From: Mobula hypostoma
Lineage: Eukaryota
Reading direction: 5' to 3'
DNA length: 64,000 nt
Assembly: GCF_963921235.1 (NCBI RefSeq)
Contig: NC_086097.1
Coordinates: forward strand, 180,856,001-180,920,000
Numbering within the stretch: position 1 is the stretch's first letter; each line of letters begins with the position of its first letter. The position numbers and the translations under genes are program-made. The notes under the pieces are model-generated. The model ran no database searches and had not been told where the DNA came from. It was given only the letters and a program-made list of their open reading frames with translations. Shown here piece after piece: positions 1 to 11,981 of this stretch.

Positions 1-21
1 CTTTGTGACTTTCAAGTTAAT

Positions 22-27
22 TTTATT
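22..27 (-). terminator. Candidate AATAAA polyadenylation signal of the TRIM-like gene
   Basis: tttatt on + strand, about 530 nt downstream of the TGA at 560-562, at the end of an AT-rich repeat-free stretch. Confidence 0.5.
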
Positions 28-559
28 TCACGTTAACAACACTGAAAGATCAGAATTTAACCCAATGTGCCATGTGTATATTGTCTAATTCTCACCCACT
101 ACCACATTATTACTTTTTGCCTTAGAATCTCTCTCTAAGAGAGACACAATAAGAATAAATGAATTAATTGTTTTGTAATTCAATAACAACACTACTTATG
201 ACAAAAAATAAAGGCAGCTATAAATATGTAACTTATGAAGGGATTGCACAAAAGGAATTTTTTGCTTTGGAAATTGTATAATCAAAATCAAAACTTTGTC
301 ATCTACTATTCAATATCAATATTTTGAATCCCCTTTATGAACTTGGAAATAAACAAGAAAGGACAAATATGACAATTTGTTACATTTAGTCTGGGGAAAT
401 GTCACCATGGGAAATAACTAGAGAAATAGTAGTTGGTTATAAATAAAAAGTACAATTCTACTGATGCATTTATCAAGTACTCATAGTCAAAGTAAACTAA
501 GCTTTAGAATACGATGCAAACTACTTTCCAAGTAACTCCAAAGTCAAATTGACGATCAC

Positions 560-1155
560 TCAGCATTCTATACCGCCTGTGTTGGTAATTTCCTTGATTT
601 TGATGCCTGAATGACACAATACAATTGGTTCACTATCTTTTGAATTTTTGGCTAAAACAGGACTAAATGCAGGAAATACTGGTTTCCGGAACTTCGTTTT
701 AAAGGAGTGAAGATGGTTGCCTCGGTGAATATTGTAGAAAGACAAGCGCCCTTCTTCATAATCTAAAAATATTCCCAAGCGTTCACAGTTTTGGTCTGCA
801 CTGCTCAGATCAAGCAAAATGCACTCATCACCATGGAATGCATAACATTCTTTGTCAACCATCCGAATGGACCATGAATACTTGTTCTTGCCGAGAGTAG
901 ATTCTTTGCCTTTCCTGGGGATGGAGGAATATGTAACACCAATGTTCCACTCATTCTTGTTCTTTGTATTCACCTCCCAATAATGCTTGCCTGACGAGAA
1001 GCTCTCATTTGCTAGAACACTGAAAGAGTTTTCAAAACGTATGGAACTTTCGTGGATATTAATGGGTGAAGTAGAGTACTGCACTGACGTCAGATCTCTT
1101 GATATAATGAGGTTTCTGTGTGCTGTATTTTCATCGAGGGTAATATTCCTTATAA
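560..1155 (-). CDS. TRIM-like gene coding exon 6 (last): PRY-SPRY/B30.2 domain
   Basis: Acceptor ttttacAG at 1157-1156; reads IRNITLDENTAHRNLIISRDLTSV...FSSGKHYWEV...WNIGV...LGIFLDYEEGRLSFY...VFPAF to TGA at 560-562; phase fits the preceding exon. Confidence 0.93.
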
Positions 1156-1289
1156 CTGTAAAATAAAAAACATTATTTTATTTCACTAAAACTTAAAGCT
1201 GATTACTCACGATACAACAGACAATATCTAAAAGTCTGAAGTAATTAGGAATGAATCTTGATTCAACCTCATACCATTCTTGATGATTT

Positions 1290-4200
1290 ACCCCTGTGGC
1301 CATTCCCCTCAATAAAAAGTATGTGTCTCTGGATAATGTTGAGAGGGTGACCTACTGTAGGGAGCTGCAGAAACCAAGTCTCTGCACTGAATCTGATGCT
1401 GTGGCTCAGAAGGGAAGTGGGAAGAAGAGGTCTGCAGTAGTGATAGGGACTCCATAGTTAGAGGAGTAGACACAAGAGTCCTTGGATGTGAACGAGACAC
1501 CCAGATGGTCTGTTGCCTCCCAGGTGGCAGGATCAGGGGTGTGTCGGATTGGGTGCATGGTATTCTAAAAGGGGAGGGTAAGCAGCTAGAAGTCTTGGTA
1601 TGAATTGGCACCAATGACAATAGGTAGCAACAAAGAGGAGGTCATGGAGAGAATTTAGTGAGCTGGGTAGAAAGCTGAAACGCAGGATCCCCAGTGTAGT
1701 AAGATCTGGATTGCTGCCTGTGCCACGCATCAGAGAGGGTGAGATGATTTGGCAGATGAATCCATGGCTGAGGAACTGGGGCAGGACTTCAAATTTCTGG
1801 ATTATTGTTATCTCTTCTGGGGAAGGTATGATCCTTTTAAAAGGGATGAGTTATATCTGAACCTGAGGGGTTGCAAACAGATTTCCTTGCAAACAGATTT
1901 CCTAGAGCTGTTGGGGAGGGTTTAAACTAAATTGGCAGGGGAATGGGAACCAGATTGATAGGACTGAAGATGGGGAAGTTGTTATACAAGTAGATGCAAT
2001 GTGCAGTTAGACTGTCAGGAAGGACAGGAAAATCATTAGACAAACTTACAGTCAGTGGGATGAGTTGCAGTGTAACAGGGGGACAAAATCAAAGAGGGAG
2101 ACAAATATAGGACTGAAGATGTTATATTTGAATGCACATAGTATACGGAATAAGGTAGATGATCTTGTAGCGCAGTTAGAGATTGGTAGATTGGACACCA
2201 CTGGGTTGTGACAGAAAGAAGATCATATTTGGAAGCTTAATATCTAAGGGTACACATTGTATTGAAAGGACAGGCAGGTAGGCGAAGTGGGTGGGTGGTT
2301 ATATTGGTAAAAAATGAAATCAAGTCCTCAGAGAGAGATGATGTAGGATCGTAGAATCCTTGTGGGTAGAGCTAAGAAACTGAAAGGGTAAAAAGACCCT
2401 TATGGGAGTTATATACAGTACAGGCCTCTGAACAGTAGCCAAGATGTGGGCTACAAATTACAATAGAAGGTAGAAAACGCATGTTAAAAGGGCAATGTTA
2501 TGATAGTTATGGGGGATTTCAATATGCAGATAAATTGGAAAAATCAGGTTAGTGCTGGATCCCAAGAGAGAGATTTATAGACTGCCTATGAGATAGCTTT
2601 TTGGAGTAGCTTGTGGTTAAGCCCACTAAGGGAAAGGCTATTCTGGATTGGATTTTATGTAATGAACTGGGTTTGATTAAGGAGCTTTAGGTAAAGGAAC
2701 TCTTGAGCGGGAGAAGCTAAAATCAAATGTATCAGTATTACGGGTGGAGTAAAGGGAATTACAGAGACAGGAGAGAGGAGCTGGCCAAAGTTGATTGGAA
2801 ATGGACACTAGCATAGATTATGTCAGTACAGCAATAGCTGGAGTTTCTGGGAGCAATTCAGAATGCACAGGTTAGATACATTCCAAATATGAAGTAGTAT
2901 TCTAAAGGCAGGACGTAGGACGAGGAAATGGCAGATGAACTAAATAAGTATTTTGCATCCATCTTCACTGTGGAAGACACTAGCAGCATGTCAGAAGTTC
3001 AAGAGTGTTGGGGCAAAAGTGAGTGCAGTTGCTATTACTATTATTAGGGAGGCAGTGCTTGGGAAGCTGAAACGTCTGAAGGTGGATAAGTCACCTGGAT
3101 GAGATGGTGTACACACCTGATTCTAGCATGGTTCCAGAAGACTAGAAAATTATAAATGCCACTCCACTGTTCAAGAAGGCAGGGAGTCAGAAGAAAGAAA
3201 ATTATAGGTCAGTTAGCCTGACCTCAGTGGTTAGGATGATGTTGGAGTAAATTGTTAAGGATGAGGTCTCAGGTTACTTGGAGGCACATGATAAAATAGG
3301 TCAAAGTCAAATCTGTTGGAATTCTTTGAGGAAATAACAAGCAGGAGAGACAAAGGAGAGTTGATGGATGTTGTGTACTTGGATTTTCAGAAGGCCTTTG
3401 ACAAGGTGCAAAACATAAGGCTGCTTAACAAGATAAGAGCCTAAGGTATCACAGGAAAGATACCAGCATGGATGAAGGATTAGCTGATTGGCTGGAAGCA
3501 GAGTGTGTGAATAAAGGGAGTCTTTTCTGATTGGCTGGCAGTGACTAGTGGTGTTGCGCAGGGGTCTGCTTTGGAACAGCTACATTTTACATTATATATA
3601 AATAACTTGAATGATGGAATTGATGGCTTTGTGGCTGGGTTAGCAGACAATATGAAGATAGGTGGAGAGGCAGGTAGTGTTGAGGAAGCAGGGAGACTGC
3701 AGAAGGACTTTGGCAAAGTAGAAGTATGGGCAAAGAAGTGGCAGATGGAATACAGTGTCAGTACTGTATAGTTATGTACTTTGGTAGAAGGAACAAAAGC
3801 ATATACTACTTTCTAAACAGGCAGAAAATTCAAAAATCCGAGGTGCAAAGGGAGTCATTCTGCAAGATTCCCTACAGGTTGTCTTGTAGCTTGAGTTGGT
3901 GGTGAGGAAGGCAAATGCAATGTTAGTATTCACTTCGAGAGGACTATACTATAAAAGCAATGACGTAATGCTGAGGCATTGGTGAGGCTTCACTAGAAGT
4001 ATTGTGAGTTGTTTTGGGCACCTTATCTAAGAACGAATGTGCTGACATTGAAGTGGGTTCAGAAGAGGTTCAAGAGAATGATTCTAGGAATAAAAGGGTT
4101 ATCATATGAGAAGCGTTTGATGGCTCTTGGACTGTACTCACTGGAATTTAGAAAAATGGGGGATCTCATTGAGAGGGCTGGATAGAATGGATGTGGAGAG

Positions 4201-4525
4201 GATGTTTCCTACAGGTGGGGTGTCTAGGCACAGCCTCAGAATGTAGGGATGTCCAGTTAGAACTGTGATGAGGGGGAATTTCTTTAGCCAGAGGTTGGTG
4301 AATCTGTAGAGTTCTTTGCCACATGTGGCTGCAGAGGCAAGGTCATTTGGTGTACTTAAGGCAGAAATCGATAGGTTCTTGATTAGTCAGAGTGTGAAAG
4401 GTTAAGGGGAGAAGGCAGGAGGATAGGGTTGAGAGGGAAAATGAATCTGCAATGATGAAATGGCAGAGTAGGCTGAATGGGCCAAGTGGCCCAATTCTGC
4501 TCCTGTTTCTAACGGTGTTATGGTC
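1290..4525 (+). mobile_element. Decayed CR1 LINE (ORF1 esterase remnant, ORF2 remnant, 3' end)
   Basis: VIGDSIV-like ORF1, GDFN, LDFQKAFDKV and TSGVAQGS remnants with many stops and deletions; colinear with the intact CR1 at 30585. Confidence 0.88.
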
Positions 4526-5014
4526 TTGATCTTAGGAATTTAAGAAATAGAAGCAAAAGAATCTTTTGATTCCTTGCAGTAGTTCCACCTTCCAATAAAG
4601 AAGGAGAGAGAAATACAGCACAGGGACAGGCTCTTCAGCCCACCATGTCAGTGCCAACCATGAAGCCAATTTTAACTCATCAACCTGCACATGGTCTTTT
4701 CTCTCCATTCCTTGCATGCTCATTTGCCTCTCTAAATGCCTCTTAAATACTTCTATTAAGTCTGTCTCCACTTTCCACTATCCCCAGCACTCTGTGTAAA
4801 AAACAAACATGCCCCACACAACTTTAAACTGTCCCTCCTCACCTTAAATCTATGTCCTTGACATATGTATTTGACCTTTCCACCCTGCGAGAAAGACACT
4901 AAATTTATACCATATCATTGTCTCCTATAGTGTTATAAACTTCTGCCCTCAGCCTCTGACACTCCAGAGTATAGAATTCAAGTCTGTCCAACCTCTCCAA
5001 ATACCTAATACACT

Positions 5015-5610
5015 GCAGTGAGCAGCTTCAAGTTCTTGTGCTCTCCTGTTGCACCACAAATTCATGCAATCACAAAGAAGGCACAGCAGCAGCTCTACAT
5101 TGATAGAAGTCTGCCAAGATTCAGTATGACACCAAAGACTCTTACAAGTTCTAAAGATGTACAGCGGAGAGCATACTGACTGGTTGCATCATGGCACGGT
5201 ACAGAGGCTTCAATGTACAGGATCACAAAGTGGTGCAAAGAGTTATAGACTTGGCCGGCTCCATAATGAGCACAACCCTCCCCACCATCAAGGATATCCT
5301 CAAGAGACCATGCCTCGAGAAGGCAGCATTAAGGACTTGAACCACCTTGGACATGCCCTCTTCACACTACTACCATTGGAGAAGTAGTATTGGAGCATAT
5401 CCCTAGATTCAAGAATTCTGAACCTGCTTCTTCCGCTCTATTGTCAGATTTCTGAACGGAGTATGAATCCATAAACATTACCGCATTATTCCATTCTTTG
5501 CACTGTTTATTTCTGTGATCTATTTGTAATTTTATGTCTATGCACTGTACTGCTGCCACAAAACAACAAATTTCACGTCATTAGTAATAAACCTAATTTT
5601 GATTCTGATT
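5015..5610 (+). mobile_element. Rex-Babar-type LINE 3' fragment
   Basis: SFKFL/KKAQQQLY-like remnants; ends aataaa...gattctgatt; similar to 42850-43935. Confidence 0.6.
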
Positions 5611-5830
5611 CACTGCTTTCTGGGGAAAAGAAAAAAATGTGTTTCTGTCCTTAACTTGAGACTGTAAACCTCTGGTTCTAGACAGTTCAAGCAGAAAAAC
5701 ATTACCGCTGAAAATATCCTGCAATCCCCATAAGTGTTTATACCCTTTCATATGATGATGTCTCATTCTTCTAAACTCAGGTGAGTATAGGTGACATATT
5801 GTCTCATCTTTGAACAATCCTCTCACTTAC

Positions 5831-5967
5831 ATTCCCACATCCGTGGAAGCAGCTTTTTCACCGACTGGTACAGCTCATCAACAGAACGTTCCAGTGATTT
5901 CAATCGTCTGTTCTCTACTGGTAATTCTTTACCAAATGACAATTGTAAATCTTCAAAAGTTTCAAGT
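5831..5967 (-). CDS. TRIM-like gene coding exon 5 (137 bp)
   Basis: tttAG acceptor, GTAAGT donor; LETFEDLQLSFGKELPVENRRLKSLERSVDELYQSVKKLLPRMWE; phases match both neighbours. Confidence 0.85.
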
Positions 5968-6149
5968 CTAAATTGAATTATAAAGAGAGAAATATGTTCA
6001 TAAAATGTGCTATTATGGGTTTGCACTCTAGCTAGTAATAGTTTAAATAGAGAAGGAATAAAACTGGATACACCACCCAACATTGACCCAAGTATCAAAT
6101 TTTGATATGGCAAAGACTCCCATATGTCAGATCTGAATTTACCCAAGAG

Positions 6150-6850
6150 ACGTTCTCATCTGTATTCCTCAACTCCTGTATAATCTTGTGTAGCAATTAG
6201 CTTTCCCCAGTTTAGCATTAGCTTTTGGGGTCCAGACTTATCCTTATCCATAACTATCCTAAATTTACAGAGTAATGATCACTGTTTCCAAAGTACTCCC
6301 CATTGAACTCCAATCAATTGTCCAAGTTGATTTTCCAATACCCAGTGGCTGTACAGTCCCTTTCCTAATTGGACTATCTAAATACTGTTTTAAGAAGTCC
6401 TTCTGGATGCTCCTAACAAATTCTATCCTGTTTGCACTTAGGGAGTCAATATTGAGGAAATTAAAATCACGTGCTACAACAATCCTGTTGTCTTTGCACC
6501 TTTCCATGATCTGTCTGCATATTTGTTCTCCTATCTCCCACTGGATGTTGGAAACATTATAGTATAACCAATTATGGTGATGACATCTTTCTCATTCCTC
6601 AGCTCTATCTATACATGGCCTTACTGGATGAGCCCTCCAGGATGACCTCTGTAAATACATTCTCCACGGTTAGTCGTGCCAATCCCCACCTCTTTTACAT
6701 CCCATTCCATCACATCTGAAAAATCCAAACCCTGAAAATCTTGCCCTTCTGTCAATCAAGTTTCTGTAATGGCCACAGCATCGTATTTCAGGCTCTAAGT
6801 TCACCTTCCTTACCTATAATACTCCTTGCATTGAAATCAATGCACTTCAG
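6150..6850 (-). mobile_element. CR1 endonuclease-region fragment
   Basis: RIVVARDFNF...EFVRSIQKDFLKQYLDSP remnant. Confidence 0.7.
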
Positions 6851-7300
6851 CCCATCAGCAACATACACAAAGTGCTGGAAGAACTCAGCAGGCCAGACAG
6901 CATCTATGGAAAAGAGATAACAATTGATTGTCTGGCCTAGTGAGTTCCTTCAGCATTTTGTGTATGTTGCTTTGGATTTCCAGCATCAGTAGATTTTTTT
7001 CGTGTTTGTGACTTTAGCTCATCAAGTCACTTTGTGTCCATTAATCAAGTCCTGTCTGTTCTTCCTATTAGGCTCACTTTACCTATCCTCTATCTTCCCC
7101 ACAATTCATCCATTGCCAAATACTACTTTGGTTCCTTCGTCAAATGTACTTCATTTGTATCAAGTTTGTTTTTCAGATCAGACACCCATTAATTTAATAC
7201 AAATTGAAAGCAGAATAAACTAGAACATTTCTGTGATGGGTGATATCTCAGAATCACCAAGTTTAAACTTAGAAAGAATTCCCCAAGGAACAATTCTTAC

Positions 7301-7323
7301 CGTGTCTTCCAACTCATGAATTC
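7301..7323 (-). CDS. TRIM-like gene coding exon 4 (23-bp micro-exon)
   Basis: ttttttttgtattttAG acceptor, GTAAGA donor; EFMSWKT(R); a 23-bp exon here is typical of TRIM-B30.2 genes and is needed to keep frame. Confidence 0.85.
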
Positions 7324-7381
7324 CTAAAATACAAAAAAAAATGTTTAGACTGTCAGCAGAATATACATGATAAATAGTACA

Positions 7382-7610
7382 TGGGGCAGTAGCGCAATGC
7401 TTTACTGCACCAGCAACCTGGGTTCAATTCTTGCCACTGTCTGTAAGGAGTTTGTACGTTCTCCCCATAACCGTGTGGGTTTCTGCAGGTGCTCCAGTTC
7501 CAAAGACATATGGGTACGTAGGTTAATTGGTCACATGGGTGTAATTGAACGGCAGGGGTTCGTTGGGCTGGAAGGGCCTGTTTCAGTTCTGCAACTCTAA
7601 ATAAATAAAC
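7382..7610 (+). mobile_element. tRNA-derived V-SINE (HE1-like)
   Basis: B-box-like gggttcaattc followed by V-domain-like ggagtttgtacgttctcccc...gggttt...ggtgctccagtt. Confidence 0.7.
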
Positions 7611-8241
7611 CAAACGGAATGATCTGATAATGTCGATCTCTGAGTTGGGGGGAGGGGCAGTGCAGAGAGATTTTTATTCTAACCCATGCTGTCCCTGCTC
7701 TGGGGATTCTTGATGGAATAAGGCATAGAGGTTTCATTCTCCTATTTTTAAGGAAAAGATTGGAATCTATAATGAAAAACATAAGAAAGAAACAGAAGTA
7801 GCTATTTGCTCTTTAAGCCTGCTCTGCCCACCATTGAGACTGGTAAATTACCCGTTAGTGTAGGTAATTGACAAAAAAAAGAATCAAGAGAGAGTTGATG
7901 AGAAGGTGTGAGAGAGAATAAGTTGCAGAAATACCAGGAAAATAAGAAAACTGTGAGCAGGACTAATGGGGTTGGTGAACTGAGCTAGCATTGACCCAAT
8001 GGGATGAATGGCCTTCTCTCTGTTATTATATGTATTATTTTTTATCAATATTTTCCTGTACTATTCTATGTTTGTAATGCGGGTTAATATGGCAGGAACT
8101 TTGCTCTATTAGTGCAGTGCTATGAACTACAATGTGTTTTGTTCCTTAATATAAACCTTCCTGAAACAGCTTCAAGTCTGTTTCAGGACATACACATGCA
8201 ACCAAGAACTGAGTTCTGATTTAAGTAATAGATATATTTAC

Positions 8242-8481
8242 CTGTAGTGTCTGTACATTTTCAGAGTCTGTGTTTGTATTCATTTCATTTACTCGTTCCA
8301 TTATTGAAGTAATTGCATCCTTATATGCCTCCTTGTCCACATGCTGTACTGTAATCAGGGTTTCCATTGACAACGCTTCAGCTTCAATCAGGCACATTGT
8401 AGTTCTCATGTCATTTTCCAGTAGTTCCCTAATCTTGTTGTACTTCTCCTCAACGGATGCTTTGGTTTTTACGACAATATG
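8242..8481 (-). CDS. TRIM-like gene coding exon 3 (240 bp, coiled coil)
   Basis: ttttgtgcAG acceptor, GTAAAT donor; HIVVKTKASVEEKYNKIRELLENDMRTTMCLIEAE...VQTLQ. Confidence 0.88.
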
Positions 8482-8634
8482 CTGCACAAAACAAACCAGT
8501 TCAAATCATTTAATGAGAAGCATTATTCGAAGCTGAGATGGTTAGAACAATGAATGCAAAATTCCCAATATTAAGGCTTCCTGAAAATATCAGGGAAACA
8601 ATGGCAGGAGATGTGATGGTATCAGAACAAAATG

Positions 8635-8965
8635 AGGGTCAAATGGAGTTGGAGAGGGAAGGTCTGGTGGAGTTGAGGGAGACTCTGATGTTGTGGGAGG
8701 AGGGAAGGGAGGTTCTGATGGAGTTGAAGGAGGGTCTAATGGAATTGGGGAGGGAGGGTTTCATGGAGTTGAGGAGGGAGGGTCTGATGGAGTTGGGGAG
8801 GGTGGATCTGATGGATTTGGGGAGGGGCGATCTGATGGAATTGGAGAGGGTTGGTCTGTTGGAACTAGGGAGTAAAAGTGTGATGTAGTTTGGGTGGAGG
8901 GTCTGATGGAGTTGGAGTGAGAGTGTCCAGAAGAGTTGGGGGTGGAGTGTTTGATGGAGTTTCTG
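8635..8965. repeat. G-rich minisatellite, 21-24 bp unit (about GGTCTGATGGAGTTGGGGAGGGAG)
   Basis: Roughly 13-14 degenerate tandem copies. Confidence 0.85.
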
Positions 8966-9455
8966 AAGGATGGGAGGTGATAAATAATAGACAATATTTT
9001 GACAAACAGTGACTGGCTAAGACCAATAGTGGAGATGAATCTGTTAATTGGGATTAAAACCATTGATTTTAATAACTAAATGTTAAAAGGAAGAGTTGTA
9101 ATTTTGAAAGATTTTGGAAGGTTTTCCACCCATTTACCCAAAGCTCAATTTTAAAAAGCGTTCTTAATCTACTCTTGTTTGTTTAAGGTAATGAGCAATA
9201 GTGATGTTTATGATGTCATTGTCTGTGCTGCAGAAGGAGCCCTAGATTTGTTCTTGCTCCGATGCTCCCACATGGTTGATGCCTTTTAATGGAACTGCCT
9301 TATATTCCATTCTCCAGGTAACTGTAGCAGGAAATGGCAAATGCTTATTTGTCTCCAAAGGTTGTTGTGTGTGGCTGAGAGGCCTTTGGCATTGGCTGTA
9401 AAGAATAACGATGGTTTGCTAACTTGTGGGAAGATGTTTATCAGTTTCTCTGTAC

Positions 9456-9551
9456 CTCAACATCCTTTAATGTCAGAGAAATGCGATCTGTGTCCTTCTT
9501 GACTTTTTCATGAATCTTCTTCAGATCTTTCACTTTCCTTAAAATCTGTAC
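9456..9551 (-). CDS. TRIM-like gene coding exon 2 (96 bp, coiled coil)
   Basis: AG/GT boundaries; VQILRKVKDLKKIHEKVKKDTDRISLTLKDVE; a 96-bp phase-0 exon is typical of TRIM genes. Confidence 0.85.
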
Positions 9552-9914
9552 CTTGATTGTAAAAAACAAACAGAAGAAAGTGAGGAAAAGATTAAGTGAT
9601 GCAGGGAGCAGAGAAGGTCTGCCATCCACGGTTTGTGATGGTGGTGGAAGCAGAATCCATTGTGGGCTTCAATAGATAATTGGATGAACACTAAAGAGAA
9701 AATAAATTGTAGGCCCACAGGGAAGAGTTGGGGAATGGGACTTAAAGGGTTTGGTCTACTTGGACAGACAGATATTCATTCTGTGCTGTAGCATTATATG
9801 TGACAATAATAAATCAATTCCAATTACAATTTAGTGAAGGAAGTAGAGCGCTCCAGATCACTGCTTCTTCACCAGAAAGCCCCTTAGTTGTTTTGTAAAA
9901 TTGGATGGATCTGT

Positions 9915-10530
9915 AGATAAACAAGCAAATGCTGGAGGAACTCAGTAGCACCTGTGGAGAAAGATGGACAGATGACGTTTCGGTTTGTGACCCTTCATCT
10001 GGTCTAAAAGGTAGAAGGGAGATAACCGGTATAAAAGAGATGAGGAGAAGGGGTGCAGTAAGAGCTGGCAGGTGGTAGATGGATCTAAGTGAGTAGGAAA
10101 TGGGGATGATAAACAGATGCAGGAGGAATGGGTGAAAATAACAACAAAGGCTGGAGGGTGGATGCAACAAAGGCCTGCTGGAGTTTGTTAGGAGAGGACG
10201 TGGAACCAAATAAAGGAGGTAGGGAGGGACCCAGTGGGGGAGGAGTGTGTGGGAAATGGGCAGATAGAGTGTTTGGAGGAGGGGAAAGAACCAGGATGAT
10301 GGGGTCTGGATTGAGTGTCAAGGAACTGAGTAGATCAAAAGGAGGAAAGGGACAGAAGGGAAGCAGTTTATTTGAAAATGATGAATTCAGCGTTCATGCC
10401 ATTGGGTTGTACACTACCCAGGGAGAATATGGGGTGCTGTTCTTTTAGTTTGTGTTTAGCTTCACCCTGGCAGTGGAGGAGACCAAAAACAGAATTGTTT
10501 GTGTGGGAATGGGGAGGTGAATTATAGTCA
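9915..10530 (-). mobile_element. Decayed Penelope-like 3' end (GIY-YIG C-terminus plus terminal repeat)
   Basis: KLKEQHPIFSLGSVQPNGMNAEF; degenerate hammerhead near 9970-10005. Confidence 0.75.
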
Positions 10531-11981
10531 CTCGATAGTAGAATTAACAAACAACATATGCAAAGTTGTCCCCACTAAAATCTAAATACTTGTACCAGGT
10601 TGGAGAACTGGTTCATGGACTAGTCAAGGTGCAAACTAAACAATTATTGCTTACATTTATTTTCAGTTTGTAGGTCAGAAAATCTGTGACATCAGAAAAG
10701 TAACATAAGACATTAGGAAGTGCTCAACAGATCAGACAGAGGAACAGATTGGATTACTGTCATCTTTTTATCAACACTACCAGATCTGCTGAGAGCTTCA
10801 GAATTCCAGCATCTGCAGTATTTCATTCTCAGGTTAGGAACAAGTTATCCAACTTAACCCCTAAGGTTCAGCCACAATATAGCAAAACTGGAGATACATA
10901 CATCCAGACAGGTCTTTTTAACAATTCAAATTGTCAGTGATAGATTTATTGAATTGTTCCTTGACTTGTCTCTGTGGAGCCTGAACTCAGAACACAGAAC
11001 AGTACAGCACAGTACAGGCCCTTCAGCCCACAATGTCTTCTGGCCCTTTTAACTTTCCTTCAACCACCTCAGGGTAGTGATGCTCGACAATAACACTAAG
11101 CAACCATGCCTTTTCATCAAATGCTCAGGAAAAATTCTGCTGAAGTTGGGAATTGGGAATTTGAAATTTGAAAATGCTGAGAACACTCAACAGGTCAGGT
11201 AGCAGCTGATGAGAAACGTACTTAATGTTTCAGGTCATTGACCTTTCACTAGAACTGGAAAAGTGAGGAAACAAGCATCTTCTATGCTGGAGGGCCGCAG
11301 AGAGAACAAAAGAGTCATAATTTATGATAGAGTGGGAATAAAGGTTGTCTGGGTGATGCAATTGATTTTGGTGCCACCTAGGAGAGGGTTCTCTGCAGAG
11401 GAGTCTCAACAGTTAGAGAGACAACTGGAACTGTGCGATGTACCTCCTCCTTCCTACCAGTGCGCCGTGACCCCGGGACTGAACATCAGACTGTTGTCTC
11501 CTAGACAACAGCTGACCTTATTTCCTCAGTGACCTTACCCCCACCTACCCCAAACAGCCTCCAACAAAGACCGACCCTGCACCCACTTCTATTTCTTCCC
11601 CATGATTCTCTGACTCTATCCATAGGCAAGGCTGTCCTGATAAACCCATTGTTTCAGATGCCTTTGTCTAGTCTCTCCTATTTACATACATGGCAACTCT
11701 GAAACTATTATCACTAATGATTTCCTTGTCGCAGTTGGTTCATCTTCACTATGGATGATACACCTTATCTAATTGTAGGGCCCCTCACCTTCCTTCAAGT
11801 CAGCCAGAGCATCTCCACTACCCACAGTCATCTGGCTAAACATTCTTATAGATGTGTGTAACACTTGCCCAGTTGGCAGAGCTTCTGCCTCAGAGCTCCA
11901 GCCTTCTCCTCCAGGGTATATACTTGATGTTTCCCCTCTGACCACATGGGTTTCCTCTGGGTGCTGTGGTTTCATCTGAAT

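Noticed and set aside
8538..8888. 116-aa + strand ORF with MELGREGL repeats
   Set aside because: Translation of a minisatellite whose unit lengths are multiples of 3; no gene context
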